Shown here: in pieces, positions 41,701-55,200 of the stretch | How positions within the stretch are numbered: the first letter of the stretch is position 1 | How the letters are laid out: each line of letters opens with the position of its first letter | Program-made: the position numbers and the translations under genes | Origin: Negaprion brevirostris | Taxonomy: Eukaryota | Length of the DNA stretch: 64,000 nt | Reading direction: 5' to 3' | Assembly (NCBI GenBank): GCA_030324005.1 | Contig: JARDVH010000084.1 | Location: 92,346,450 to 92,410,449, forward strand | Notes under the pieces: model-generated | The model's database searches: none | What the model was told of the DNA's origin: nothing | Seen by the model: only the letters and a program-made list of their open reading frames with translations

Positions 41701-42536
41701 GTATGTTCGATGTTAGTAGAAGTGAAAATTGTGTCTAGGCTGCACTGTATGCAATCTGTGCCTGACGATTAAGCTTTCCCAAAATGTGCGTTCAAGAAAA
41801 ATACGTGTTACAATCCCAGAAATATTGGCAACGCAAAGCACTTCTGTACTCAAAGAATGGAAAACGTTTGGAGTACCTAAAACAAAAGGAAGCAGGATGG
41901 ACAAAGCACAATCCATCATTATACTACAAATTAATGCATTAGTGACTCAACAAGGAACAAAAAAAAACAACATTGGGATAAGATTGTGGGCCCTCCAAAA
42001 TTCGGCAGATCATGGTGACATCAGTAAACTAAAAAAAAAACGTCTGAGCGTATGCCTGTATTCTGTCACTTTTAATGTACCCATCCTGATGCCTGTTTAA
42101 TATGACTAATATCCCTCCTTTCGTCAGCTGTGAGCTTTGCTGCGTATGTACACACTTGCAGATCACATACCCGCATCTCGTAAGAGAAGGTGTCTCACTG
42201 AAAGGGAAGCAAATAACACACAGTGCCAATTTTGTTTCCGAGCATTGACATGTTTAAGAATTTGACGGAATATCACTTAAAAGCGCATATAGCCGTTTGC
42301 ATATCGAATTATAAGGCAAAATTCAATTATTCCAAAAAAGAAGCTAATTTCTTCTTGTGAATATGACTATCTGCAATTCAGCTTGTTTACAGTTCTACAA
42401 GGCAAACATTTCCATAGAAAGTTTATATCTTATCAAAATAACTACCATTCTGATCATTATTAGGTACGATTAATAATGCAAATGTTATCCAGGGTGAAAT
42501 ATGTATACAATAGTAATATTCATGATTCTCGGTTAC

Positions 42537-42900
42537 CTGAACAACTGGACTATTCACTGTTGGTCGTGTTGAATTAATTTTTGACAGCCTGCATTACGTA
42601 TGATTCGACTGAACTTTGCTTTGTATCATCTCGGATGCGAGTGTGGGGAAGACAATATGCATAATTCTGCACAACCAATTCGTCCATTCGGTCGTTCACT
42701 CAAAATTAATTGATGCGATCATCATTTTTCATGATCAGCACCACAATTATTTGTACAGTTCACTTTTTGTCACATCTATTCATTAGGAAGATGCTGCAGA
42801 TGTTTCTATCTGCAACCATGATCTAGTTCGAGCAGTCTTCTCTCATTGCATTCATTGATTTGAACAAAAACGGGTCCTTCGCTTTTGTTTTGGTTGCCAG
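42537..42900 (-). pseudogene. Ferlin exon: middle of C2D
   Basis: IIVVLIMKNDD..IG..YCLP vs IIVIEIYDQD..MGRCICQP; donor CAG|GTAACC; start approximate. Confidence 0.55.
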
Positions 42901-43855
42901 CTGTTCCTCGCAGTCTTTAAGTGGTGACAAGCTTTGTTTTCGTTTCCTTTAGTTCTTGATTACTGCACTGGTTCTTGAGCTAACTTACGCTGTGATTAAT
43001 TATGTAGCTTGTGATAACGTCCACTGCTTTTGGCACCGGTGCCATACTTATTTTGCCTATTGTACTTTTCACTTAAGTTGCATTTAGGCACGCGTCAACT
43101 TGAGTGGCGGCAGTCATATGGCGGTGCATGTGCAATGAAGTGAGGGTAAAATTTGTCAGTGTCTATTCCATGCATAATTTAGCGTTGGCCATTTATTGAC
43201 CATTTCAGTGAAGTTACCGTCCAATATCAACTGGTGGACTGAGAAAGCGCTTTAAATTCGTGTCCACGGGCTCTCAAAGATATTCAGCCCCACAGATCCC
43301 CTCCTTCCCCCAATCTTGCTTCTATCCTACAATCTTATCCCAATCCCTCAGGCCACATTTTTTCCCAAGCTGAGATTGCCACATTGCAGGGGCCACAGAA
43401 ATGTTGGTAAATTAGATTGGCTCATCATTGTCTCAGGTGGGCCGTCCCATCGAAGAAAGGGTGGAAGTACTCTGGAGGAATTTCTGCCTCCGTTTACTTA
43501 ACATTCGAAGGAGCACCAATTAGCTGATTTGCAGCAAACAAAGGTTGTTTTTTTTTTCCGTCAACCATTCAAATGATGGTGTAGGCGTCCCACCAAAATC
43601 ACTGACCATTTAAACAAAATTTCCTTAAATAACCATTAATTCGACTGACTTGATACCTGAACCTGCGCTTTGCGATAACTGTTTTTTTTTAATTATTCAA
43701 ATTTATTTCAAACTTTGGTTGATGACTGATATTTTTCGAATAGCGTAGATCACGATTCAATTAGAAGTTCATACTTTTTCTTTGCAAACTGTGCCAATAC
43801 TCTCAATCTTTAAATGGAAATATGAGATAATATACAACTCCCTGAAGGGACTTAC

Positions 43856-44423
43856 TTGTTTTTTGGAGAAGTGTTCTGCATTCATCTAAAAATGTTGTAA
43901 ATGCATAAAGAAAAATAAGAACACAGAATTAATTGTATAGCAATGCCATTCTGGACATCTGGTGTGTGCCTTTGTCGTGTCATTTAATTTAATTGTATTC
44001 CATCTTTTCATCGCCTCTTGTGAGCTTTGTAGAGGTAGAGTAGTAGCAATGTTCCGGAGATCCATACGATAGGCAATGTCAAATGTTCTTCCCTAGTTAC
44101 ATATCTTTTAAATTCATAATAAAGTAAAATCTAGTCAAAAGTAAACATTTTCAAACAGCATTTTTTCCCAAAATTAATGGTGCAACTCTATTGGCACTTA
44201 ATCGGTATTTATTTCCTATTTTACGAAAAAATAAAACAGTTTAATTCGGGGTATCAACAACTTTGAGGTAATACGTTCAAGTATTTGATTCCAGAAATGA
44301 CAGTCACTAATGCAATCAAAAATTATCCCTCCACACGTTAAGTAGATGTGATATTGTTTAATCCCGCCACAAATCTTTCATTTGACAAACATTACGAAGA
44401 GTCAAAGTATAATTTATTTCCTC
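43856..44423 (-). pseudogene. Ferlin exons: end of FerB (44275-44423) and N-terminal half of C2D (43856-44092)
   Basis: TLTLR vs TLFLK; HIYL vs ELYL; YRMDLR..CY/YLYKAH vs YHLRCYMYQAR; donor CAA|GTAAGT. Confidence 0.65.
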
Positions 44424-44609
44424 CTTAAATCAGCTCACATATTTCAATTTATAAAAAAAAGATGAGCAGGTGATTTAATGAAGCCGACAATTGGCATGTA
44501 GTATCTTTGATGGACCATTTGTTAATTTACGGCTGAACATTTTTTTGAATGCTTAAGCATTTTTGCTTTCAGCAAATTTAGAAAATATGAAATATTCCTA
44601 CGCCCTTAC

Positions 44610-44855
44610 CTCAAAGGAGACTGCCGATTTGAAAAGGTTTTTCGAACGTATCACCAAGCGGTGCATGTGTTATATGTGAGACAGGCGGGTTCGCAGCATA
44701 AGCATCCAAATCAGCATAAATGTCATGGGTATTGCAAATGCAGGCTGTACATAATTCAGTTTATAGAAACATTTCTCGAAAAGTTTGCACTGTTTCGCCT
44801 GGTTATGCCCGGGTTGTATGATCTTCCTGACATATTTCCAGCCAAAGCACTCCAC
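44610..44855 (-). pseudogene. Ferlin exon: FerA-FerB junction and FerB core (246 nt, phase 0/0)
   Basis: GCAG|GTG...GAG|GTAAGG; KLFEKCFYKLNYV then PAFAIPDIYIWMLCEPACLTYARIRSKNLFKSAVSFE after removing 24 inserted nt, vs [37 protein letters not shown]. Confidence 0.85.
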
Positions 44856-45347
44856 CTGCGCTATTTTAAGAGCAGTATGGCTTAGTATACATTATTCAGG
44901 CAACTTATCCCATAATGCAGAGCACAAAAATTAAAATGTATGCTTACTCAGGGTTGCTACAGATTCAGTTGCTAAAAGAAACAGAAACAAAAACCTCATT
45001 GCATATTTTGTCACAGTTCATCAATGTTAAGATTACAAAATATAATCGCAGACATTTTAAACCAAATACATTAATTATGGTTATTTTTGTAAATTTTGCA
45101 CAAATCGCATTATAGTTTTTGCAATATCACACCTTCTTCTACGCATTGCAGACTGAACTTGCGCATTAACCTTAAGAAAATATTGAACACGGACTCCCAA
45201 GTCTATTTGTGTTTCTGATTTCCTGAGTTTTTCCCCATTTTAAACATAGTTTATGCCTCCATTCCTCTTTCCAAACTACATAACCTCATACTTTTCCACA
45301 TTGGGTAAAGAATTGGCAGATGAAATACATTCCCTTAATCCTGATAC

Positions 45348-45674
45348 ATCAGGGTTCTAAAGTTCCTGTATAACAACAACGTACGTAGGGCTTTGATCTG
45401 CCAGTAACTTGTTTGAAATAAAGTAAGAACATTATCATATATGGTGCCACGGAATGCAAAGCATGAGGAATGGCTGATACTGGAATAATACTCGACCTAC
45501 AAAATAAGGGGGAACTCTATGCGTGAAGCAACAGAAGTAGTGGTAAGGGGTCTCCTCGGTAGTTCTCCACGTCTTCATCCATGTGTTGCTCAACAAATTC
45601 TATGCAACACTGGATTGCACGTTTTGGGAAGAGTATTTTCAAAGTGGCCGAGGAGGCAAAGAATAGGCTCATAA
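45348..45674 (-). pseudogene. Ferlin exon(s): FerA
   Basis: AIQCCIEF vs LSCGCCRF; DQ..LRTL.C.IQEL vs LDRERLKSCMREL; AG acceptors before 45674 and 45496. Confidence 0.5.
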
Positions 45675-46065
45675 CTTAAATAAATTAACCAAATTAGAAT
45701 TTCATGAGTCGTTGTCTTGAAATCTATCGGGCGTTTTATCGCAACCAACATAAGGCACTTTGGAACAAAACAATGCAGTATGCATCAAGGACCACTGCAT
45801 CGACAAGTTTAAATAATTAAGCGTTGACGCAACTTGTGTATACAATATTGTGCGCCTAAAAGAACGCACACCAACGTCCACTACTAGACCAGAAAGGGCC
45901 AAAACAATGATCAGTATGGATGAACAACATTCTCTCTCCCAGCATGCCCACCACATGCCCCTCCACCAGCACCCTCGCCCCTCCCCTCCCCTCACCACTG
46001 CCCCTATAGACCAGCCAGTTAAAGAAATGTAAGGATCTTCACATAAGAATCAGTACATCATTTAC

Positions 46066-46454
46066 CTTCCAGCAGCTCCATGTGGTTTTTATGTTCTGCA
46101 CTACCGGTTTGACGATGAAGCGGCAAATGAATATTTCAACCAGCCACAATATTTCGCATGACGAAAATGGATTGATGAGCAACAATTCCCCATAAGTTGA
46201 ATGGTTCTTTTTCTATTTACACATTTTGCGAACGTAAAATTCAGGAACCATATGGAGGGACAAAATCATCGACAAAAAGGCGCTGGGGATGGTTGATGAG
46301 ATGTACCAACATCATGTCTTGTTCGTGGGAAGTGTGAAGCTGATATTTCAGTTCACTCGGCTCTGTGTTGTACTCCACGCCAGAAGAGTCGCATAGTGGG
46401 CAGAGACAGGGATGCTAATGAAGTGCTGCCTGATAACTGGACCCAATCAGACTC
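46066..46454 (-). pseudogene. Ferlin exon: linker preceding FerA
   Basis: SLASLSLPTMR vs otoferlin LASVSSTPPMR; donor AAG|GTAAAT. Confidence 0.55.
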
Positions 46455-47232
46455 CTTTAAGAGAATCTTAAACAACTGAACATCACTTAGGTTATGCAAA
46501 ATGCTATTGAGTTTGTGACAGTTTTTTTTTCCCCCCCCTGCTATATCTGCCAGGGGCTGAAGGAACAAATCCTAGACCTAAGCTTAAAACACATTTGCTT
46601 GGTATCTCTACCAATTTTCCATTCAAGTTTTCTCGTAGATTGATCTACGCACACATCTGTCGTAAGCATGGAAGCAACTTTGATATTTGTATGCAAACAT
46701 AGGTATTCAATAGGCAAGGGTTCCTTCTGTGAACTCAGTCGTTACAATTTGAGTATTCCTTCCATGAATTGTGCTGAACAATTCATTCAGGATTCAATCA
46801 TGTAAAATATAATTGCGCTCGCATGTAGTATACAGGAAAATTATTGGAATTTCAAATATAATTCAACCTTCAAAGTTTTGTTTCAGATTCTCAACACCAT
46901 TTTCACATAAGGCGGGGTTTCAAACAGTTATTACTATTATTATTTTAATCCAGCAAATGTAACAACGATTTGAAAATCTGTAATATTGTCTAAGCCTTAA
47001 CCAGTAGGATTTATTGCACTGGGTGTTTTATTGGTTGATTGAAACTCTCACTCAAATATTAATGTTTTCTTTAATTTACCATTATGAAGAGAAAATAAAT
47101 CGAAAACACGTGAAATGTATAGGCAACTTCCGCTGGCGACACGGCATTCATGACTGGGGGAAACGGTCCCGCCTGCGCTGCGAGGATCATTGTGAATAAC
47201 TTCGAAAGTGGAATTGTGTCGGATAAACGTAC

Positions 47233-47643
47233 TCTTTCGAATTCATAATGATTTTTGAATTCCATTACTGACCCCTTACATCAAAGCTTGTAGTTATAAC
47301 ATTCCGATGTTTCCACAGTGATAAAGCGAAGCATATATACCACTCTCGGTACTGTTGATAGAATAGCCTGTCAGTTGGAAGCAAAAACAAAACACAATGG
47401 TCCAGGGCAAAGCTAAAACAAACCTTCCGGTGGTTTGCTCGTTATTTCCAGACAACTAAATGTGAACAGGAGGGGCGTTTTGCAGTTGTCCTTATGTTTA
47501 TTTTTTAGATAGCATCCACCCCGTGAGATGTTCATCAATAATCGCAATTAACGTCGAGGTGGCCATTCAATAAAATAACAGTTTTGGCAACGTTTGATTC
47601 GATCCAAACTCAATGTTGTGCCTCCTGAGGCAACACGCCATTA
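47233..47643 (-). pseudogene. Ferlin exons: end of C2C and following segment (47424-47643 and 47233-47367)
   Basis: RLLMNIS..VDAI vs RLLLGLAVEIV; ETS..ML..MEFK vs EASMI..ITFE; strong acceptor TTTTGTTTTTGCTTCCAACTGACAG. Confidence 0.55.
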
Positions 47644-47659
47644 CTCGGTCGTGCAGTGA

Positions 47660-49200
47660 AAAAAAAAATACATATTCAAAATCACTGCCATTTCCTTATT
47701 TCCCATTATTCATTTCCCAGTCTCACTCTCTAAGGAACTAAAATCACTGGAGCTGCTCTTTTGTTCTTTATGGAGTTTTGTATTCTTTGTTTTTCTATTT
47801 CTTCTTAGTTTTCAATCAAACTCCAGTATCTCCCATTCTTTTTTTAAAGTAACCTTTTGCTGGTTTCTAAAATGTTTTGAATCTTCAGACCGAGCACTAG
47901 TCTTTGCAGCACTGTTTGTTTCTTCTTTAGTTTGATACCATTCCTAATTTCCTTCATTAGCCACAGATAGTGCATTCTTCTCACAGTGTCTTTCTTTCTC
48001 AATGTAACTTATCTTTTGTGGAGAGTTGTGAACTATCTCCTGAATTGTCTGTTAGTCTTTCTCTCCTATTAATCTATTTTCCTATTCCACTTTAATAAGC
48101 TTTGCCCTCCCACCCTTGTAACAGCCTCCATTTATGTTAAGACTCTAGTTTCAGATCCACATTTCTCACCCTCAAACTAAAAGTAAAATATTATCATGTA
48201 ATGATCATCTTTACCAAGAGGATTCTTAACTATGAAGTCATGAATGAATCTTGTCTCATTACATATTAGCAGATCTAAAATAGCTTTTCACAGGTTGATT
48301 CCAAAATGTATTGTCCCTTGGTACTAATGCCCCTAAACGTAGCTCATATTTGCTTTTCTGGAAAAAGAAATGGGCACAAATAATTTGTATTCTTTCCTTC
48401 CTTGTTAGGATACTGCTAGCTTTCTCACCATATTGTTAGGAACACACTAGTTTGTTTGATAATGTTCCTTAAGTACAAACTGATGTCAGGGAGCAAGTGA
48501 AAAAACATATTGCACAAGATTCTCTGGCCTCCCAGCCAATGGGAATTCCCATTGATGTCACCCCATGCTGGTAGGAAACCTACGGGAAGGGGTGCACTGC
48601 TGGCGGGATCAGGGATTCCTGCCAGCATGAATGGTATTGTCCCTTTGACACTTGTTTCAAAACTTAAAAACTTCTTCCTTTGAATTTCCTGTCTCTTTCT
48701 CTGAACTCTCAACTCCTTTCTGCTTTGTTACTTACCTTTGTCAAAAAAACCACAAGGAATAGGAACAGAAATAGGCCATTTGGCCCATTAAGACTGTTTG
48801 ACCATTCAATAAGAAGATATCTGATCTGACTGTGGCCTCAGCTCCTCTTTCCTGCCTGTTCCTGTTACCCTTGAATTCCTTGTAGATCAAAAATCGTCTA
48901 ACTCAGCCTTGAAAATATCCAATGACTCAGCCTTCACAGCTCTTTGTGGAAGACAATTCCAAAGACAAACAACCCTCTGAGAGAAAAAATTCATCATAAT
49001 CTCCATCTTAAATGGGAAACCCTTTACTTTGGCATTGTTCCCCCAGTTCTACATTTTCCCAAGAGGGGAATCATCCTCTCATAGTCTCACTCAGATCATT
49101 ATTTGTTCCAATATGATCACCTCACATTCTAACGAGCCTTCCCTCCTAAGACAACCCCATCGTCCTAGGAGTCAGTTAATGAACTTTTTCTGAACTCCTG
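47660..49200 (-). mobile_element. CR1 fragments (ORF2 linker 47660-48330; 3' end 48750-49200)
   Basis: ctgccatttccttatttcccatt; aggaataggaacagaaataggccatttggccc..ccattcaataag. Confidence 0.8.
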
Positions 49201-49989
49201 CATTTGCCCACCTGCCCTAACTCTCTCACTACTTTGCATTGGTTTATCCTCCAAGACCTGCCCTTGGGCAGTTTGCAAATTTTAACGACTGCATAAAAAT
49301 CCAAACTACTAACGCTTTTAAAAAAACTTATTTTTCTATCTTCTTCAATTCTTCTGCACCATTCACTAGCTGCAGATGGGCAGATACCCTCAGATCAGCC
49401 CCTCTCCTAATGCGAATGCTTAACCAGCCATGAGAAGGTCCACAGTTGAAGCTGAACTGCCTTTCCTCTACTGCCTGCAACCCGAATGTGAGAGATACCT
49501 TCTCCGGCAACTTGTCAAAGAGCAGGAACATGCTGCTGTAACTTCTTAAGAAATAGTTAAATTCCCTAACTCTTTGTTACAACAGCCGGCATTGAATAAA
49601 ATATGCCAGTTATATAGGCATCAAGAAGGGTTCCAGCACAAAACATTTGAGCTGCTATGCAACAAACACTGTTGGATACATTTGGATTCCAAGTATAGAC
49701 TATAACACTGGTAGATTTTTGTGAAACATCCTGAACCACAAGTAGATACATTAGACTTCACTGAAAGAACACCCTCTCAAGCTGCCAGCCTTTACTGCAT
49801 TCTGCCATTCCCTTGTACTGCCAGGCGGCCAATATGTGCCTTCAATGCTAAAGGACTTTTCCAGGATTTGACAAATGGGCTAACCACCTTTGGAGAGCCA
49901 ATTCAGCACTGCAGCTGGGATTAGAAGCTCCAGAGATATTCAGATCCCAAATCTCCAGAAACCAATTGAATATCAGTATTCAAAGAGGA

Positions 49990-51470
49990 GCAGCGCAGTT
50001 CTTCTACTGTCCTGCTCAACGGTTATTCATCAACCAACCTCACCAAGTACTCATTGTCTGGTAATTATTCTCATTGCTGTATGTAAGATGTTCCTATGTC
50101 CATGTAGGTTGCAGTGTTTTCTACATTATAGCATTGACTACATTTTGAAAGTACTTTGTTAGGACCCCAGTTGGGATTATAACTGGACTGAAATATCCCA
50201 GACTGGAACCCTGGCTTAACTGAATGTAACTTAATTTTTTTAAATCAAATGTGGAGGTGCAGTCACAAGACTGCTATATAGTTTTAACAATAAGAAAAAA
50301 ATCAGTAAACATAAAAAAGGATCATAATACACTCTTCCATTAGGTTAGCAAATACACACAAGTTTTAAGATTAGTATGAGTTACACAGTAACCTTAAGCT
50401 ACAATTGTCTCATGAATACACAAAGTCCTTTTGATGCACATTAGATACCTATAGTCAAATATACACTCCCCTCTGAGCCCAAATCAGTGTCTGTGGTTTT
50501 CTACTCAGCAGTCGCACCCGCCCCCCTCACCCCCGCCACCCCACCGATGATTGTCACATAAGAGTTTCCAAACTCCACTCCCAAAAACATGTTTTAAAAT
50601 CTTATCTCATAATAATATCTTCCCTTAGCAGTTTGCGTTCCGAATACCAGTCCAAGTTTTACAAATGGCACTTTCAAAGAAAGCTTCCGTTCCACATTTA
50701 ACAGCAAATCCAGTCCAGGATTTTACTCCAACCCCTTTAGGAATTTCTTTGTCTCCACTGCTGTGCAAACTGATTACAAATGTTTTAACAATTCCCAGAC
50801 TCTCATCAAAGTTACACCAAATGTTTCATCTACCTCTGAAATCTGCTATCCCATTTTAAATGTAGTTACAACCATTCTCTTTATAACTCAGAACACACTT
50901 CCCTGAATTCTTCTGAACAATATCTTGGTCTTTGTTCACTTAACTTCAGTCATCTTAAACATTCCTTCTGTCCCAATTCCCTAGTTATCTGAACTATGTC
51001 TTGCTCCTTCAAACGCTTGCATCTTTGCAACTCCTTTGTCCTATCCAGTTTCTCCTGGCAAAATTAAGAGCTGTTCATTCCTCACTCAGTTACTTGGCTC
51101 CAATTGCTCTGGCTTCCAGTTAAAACTAAGACAAAAGGAAGGTGGCCTCCTGTCCCAAGCAACGCCCCAGTTACTGCCATCTATTCTTCATGGCACAGGC
51201 CTCTCTAAGCAAAATAGAAACAAAGTTGGAAGTTAGCCAATTCCCACACACACAAACACCTTCTTCCAGCATTAACCTAACTATAGGTTTTACCCTTTCA
51301 GGTACAGAAATATTAAATTAAACCCACTTAAAACTATACCTTATTTCTAATGTTTACCAGTACAAATATGAATCCCCTAAAACTATCTTTGTTTCCCTCA
51401 CAACTTCTACATAACTAAATTAATTTGGGATATCCTGAATGTGGTGAATATAAAATGCTTTCATTTTCTT
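49990..51470 (+). mobile_element. Deu-domain-like SINE 3' part split by a solo LTR
   Basis: ctcattgctgt..ctacatta..gactacattttgaaagtactt [LTR] ..tttgggatatcctga..tataaaatgc. Confidence 0.65.
50157..51402. mobile_element. Solo LTR (1246 bp) with a 4-bp target-site duplication
   Basis: TGTTAGG...CCTCACA termini flanked by ACTT at 50153-50156 and 51403-51406. Confidence 0.85.
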
Positions 51471-52259
51471 TGAAAGGTCTACCAATTTATATTATGACAG
51501 TTAAGAATTCATAGTATGAAATAATATTACCTTGTCAAGATTTAATGCCATCCATAGAGGTGATGTCATTAACTTAAACCAGTCTCCACTGGTTACCAGT
51601 CTGGCTGCCCTATTGGAAATACTTTTCCATCATGAACTCAATCAAAACCCATCATAATTTTGAATAGCTCGATCAAATCAGGCCTTAACCTCCACTTTAA
51701 GGAGAACAATACCAGTTCCTCTACTTTCTTTGCATAACTGAGGCACCTCAGCCAAGGCATTGACGTCCCTCCTAAAGTCTGGGGCCAAGAAATGGACACA
51801 ATACTGGATGATCCATAATTAATGATTTATAAAGTTTTAGTAATAATTTCCTTGTTCTTATCTGTATCATAGGGATTCTGCGATTCTATGATTTATTTAT
51901 AAAGATCTTTACATTTTTTTTCAACAGACTTCTCAACTTGGACTAGCACCTTCAGGGACCCAATCACTGGTCTCTATTTGTGCACCCTAATTAAAATGGT
52001 TCCATCATATAGACACCTGAACAAGTTTAACATGGACACAAAAGCAAAGTACTTTCATTATTAAATTATAACCTTTTAAGTATAGGCAGAATAATCCCAT
52101 TTGTCAATACAAATGCAGAAGGTCAAGTTATNNNNNNNNNNNNNNNNNNNNNNNNNNNNNNNNNNNNNNNNNNNNNNNNNNNNNNNNNNNNNNNNNNNNN
52201 NNNNNNNNNNNNNNNNNNNNNNNNNNNNNNNTTAAATGTTGTGTGACTGATGACAGCTT

Positions 52260-55200
52260 AAACCATCTCTACTTAAGAAGCGGTGTATTGGAAGCGAATT
52301 GAGGAAACCTTAGCCGATAGCATATTATGAGAAAGAAACAACCAGTGTAAGTTTGATTATCTGCAAATTTGTAGCATGGTAAGAATTCGTTTCAGTTTGG
52401 AAGTTTTTTTGGTATGTTTTTTATTTAAAGTTTACGTTTTCAGAGAATGGACTTGTCCTACTCCAGCTGTACGTGCTGCAGGGTCTCTTGGTTACTGGTG
52501 GATAAGGACCGGCAAATATATATTATTTTAATAATTCACGTTCTTCAGTGTGTACTTGTAGTTAGTAAAAGCTAACTTCCATCGTAAGAAGGACCAGAAA
52601 TAAATGCTCTCGAGTAAGTTATGATAGTTGATAATACATATTTTTCAAACAGTACAATTTATAAGGGTAAGCAATGGCAGGACAAAAATCGTGCTTTATA
52701 TGGCAAGGTATGAATAGTTCCAATGCCGGGGAGATCGTATGTGCAGGGAGTGTCTCGAGCTTCATCATCTGGAAGTCTGATTTTGAGAGTTGCTGCGGTG
52801 ACTGGGAACACTAAAAAGCATCCAAAATGCAGAGTATATTATGGATACTAGGCATAGCGAGGTGGTCAGGTCGTAGGCTAACATACATAGGTACGAAGAG
52901 AATGACTGACCAGTTGGAGGAGCAAAATTACACGGCAGACAATACAGGATTCTTATGTGGCTATTTCCCAGCGAAGCATGTATACCACTCCTGATGCTAT
53001 AGAGGAGAATGGCCTGTTAGTGGGAAACAAAAACAACTCTTTTTTTTTTGCAGCATGGTTGGCTTGTTTGCACAAGAGCGAAATTAAAAGCGCTGTGATG
53101 CAGTAGTTGTAGGGAATCAAGTTTTAGGCGCCCATATGACCTTTTTGTGGCCACAAAAAGGAGACATTAGGGTGTTATATTGCCGACGGTAGTGACCCCT
53201 GCATTACTACCACGTGCGAGTTAAATACAAATGGATGTTCATATTGGATTAATATGTGATTGAAGGGATTGTGCGAGTGGGAAGATTTCAGATTTATTGG
53301 TCATAGCGAGCTGTTTGGGATGTACCCTGAAACAATACAAACTTAAACCTTTACACGTGGGCAGAATCTGAACTGACGTCACGGGCATTATTTTTTCCCG
53401 AAAGAATTGGGGATTGTTTAAACTCAAACAGCACGCGTATGACAAACTATACGATCAGCCACAGGATGGAAAAAATCAAAAAACAAGAAACTATTTGGGT
53501 AAAATAAGAAAAAAAAAGATAGGCCGTAAGCAAGGTCCAGAATCAAGTACAGCGACAGCAAAAAAAATAAAATAAAATCCTGAGTGTGACGAGTCAAGTT
53601 AGGAAAAAAAAACAGAAGTCGATGAATTAATATGTGGAGAGTCGCAATACCTCGCAGAAGTAATGACACAAATGAACAAGGAGAGTTCGGGTACAATGGA
53701 GATTCCAAACCTCCTTGTTGGGTTAACAGGAATAGTAAATATTTATGTAGCTGTAGACAACATTTTGGAAAGGCAAACTAAATTGAACCAAAAAGAAACA
53801 ATTGAGCTGCATTGCTGGTTAAAGGGGGAAAAAAAGAGAATAGTGAGGGACGGTATTTGCTTCGAAGGTTTGAAATGTGTATGGCCTGTGCTGAGTAGGG
53901 CAACGACCAAACAAAAACATTGCTTTATGTTATACAGACTACTGAAATTTACTGATGATTTTCTGAATGAAAGTAAACGAGGAATTTGTGAAACGTGTGC
54001 TCAAGAGGTATTTGTGATTCGGCTGAACTTCAATCTGCATATGGATTGGGCCAACCGATTTAGTGGCAAATGGGAACGAATATCTGGCGCGCATACAGTA
54101 TTTTTTTTTCGGACAACGGCGTTGATAAACCAACTAGAGAAAAGGGATCCCTCAATGGGTGTTGCGTAAATGAGAGAGAGAAAAACAAATAATGCTTTTT
54201 CATCTAGTTACACGACAACATCGCGGATATGTGAGCATTATTTGATATAATTGTTCATCAAGATGGGGGCTAATGGACATAATCCTGAAAGCAGAGTCAT
54301 GAATCTTAAAATGGGGAATTATGATGGTTAGAAGCGCAAGTTAACTCCGATAGATCGTGAAACGGTTCTTTACAAGATTATTGTAGAAAGGCCAATGCAA
54401 ACATTCAATGAATGGGTGAACTGCAACGATTGTGTTTTCCACTTTGAGGCTCAGAAAGAAAATTAGGCCAAACATAGGTTACATGATCAATAATAGACAT
54501 CACTAGATGCAAGGAAGCGGCATAAAACATGGCCAGATAGATAAACAGTATTAGGGTTGGGAACATGTTGCTATACTGCAACAGAAAACCAAGCGTTTGA
54601 ACTAGAAGTAGGTGTTCGGAATGACAGTGCGTTTCCTGCGAACATAAAAAAAAAATCCCAGTTATATGAACAGAAACACAAAATTGGTGAAGTCAGATAT
54701 AAATCCATTGCATTCGGAAAGATTGCAACTTCTCCCTGGAGACATAGAATCGTTGTTCAACTAAACGCACATGTTTCGCTGTCTTTGCAAAGGAAGACAT
54801 AAGTGACATACCAGCAATGCTGAGGCACATAGGGTTCAGTGAGAGGGATGTATTGAATGAAATTAGAATTAGTAGAGGAAAGGTGTTGGATAAATGCATG
54901 GGATTAAATGCAGGTAACTTTCCATCGCCTGATATTTCACATCCAGGAGTACTTAACGAAGTGCCTCTAGAAATAATCGATGCATTCTTGGTAAATTTAG
55001 AACATTCTATAAATTTTGAATTTAATCCTGTAGAATGACATGCAGGTGAGATAATAATCTAACGTTATGGGGAATGCACCGAAAAACAGGGAACTGCATT
55101 CAATTAATCCGAAGGTTGAGGTAGAGAAGGTACGAGAGACCGTTATCAATGATATAATAGCAGAACACTTTGAACAATAAAGTAAATTCGAAAAGTCGTC

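Noticed and set aside
44610-44855. Exon insertions as simple sequencing error
   Set aside because: Inserts are multi-base and mostly non-homopolymeric, and nearby young CR1 copies read cleanly; error is unlikely, though raw reads were not available.
53663-54169. 168-aa ORF
   Set aside because: Lies within a degraded CR1 endonuclease region; not a host gene.
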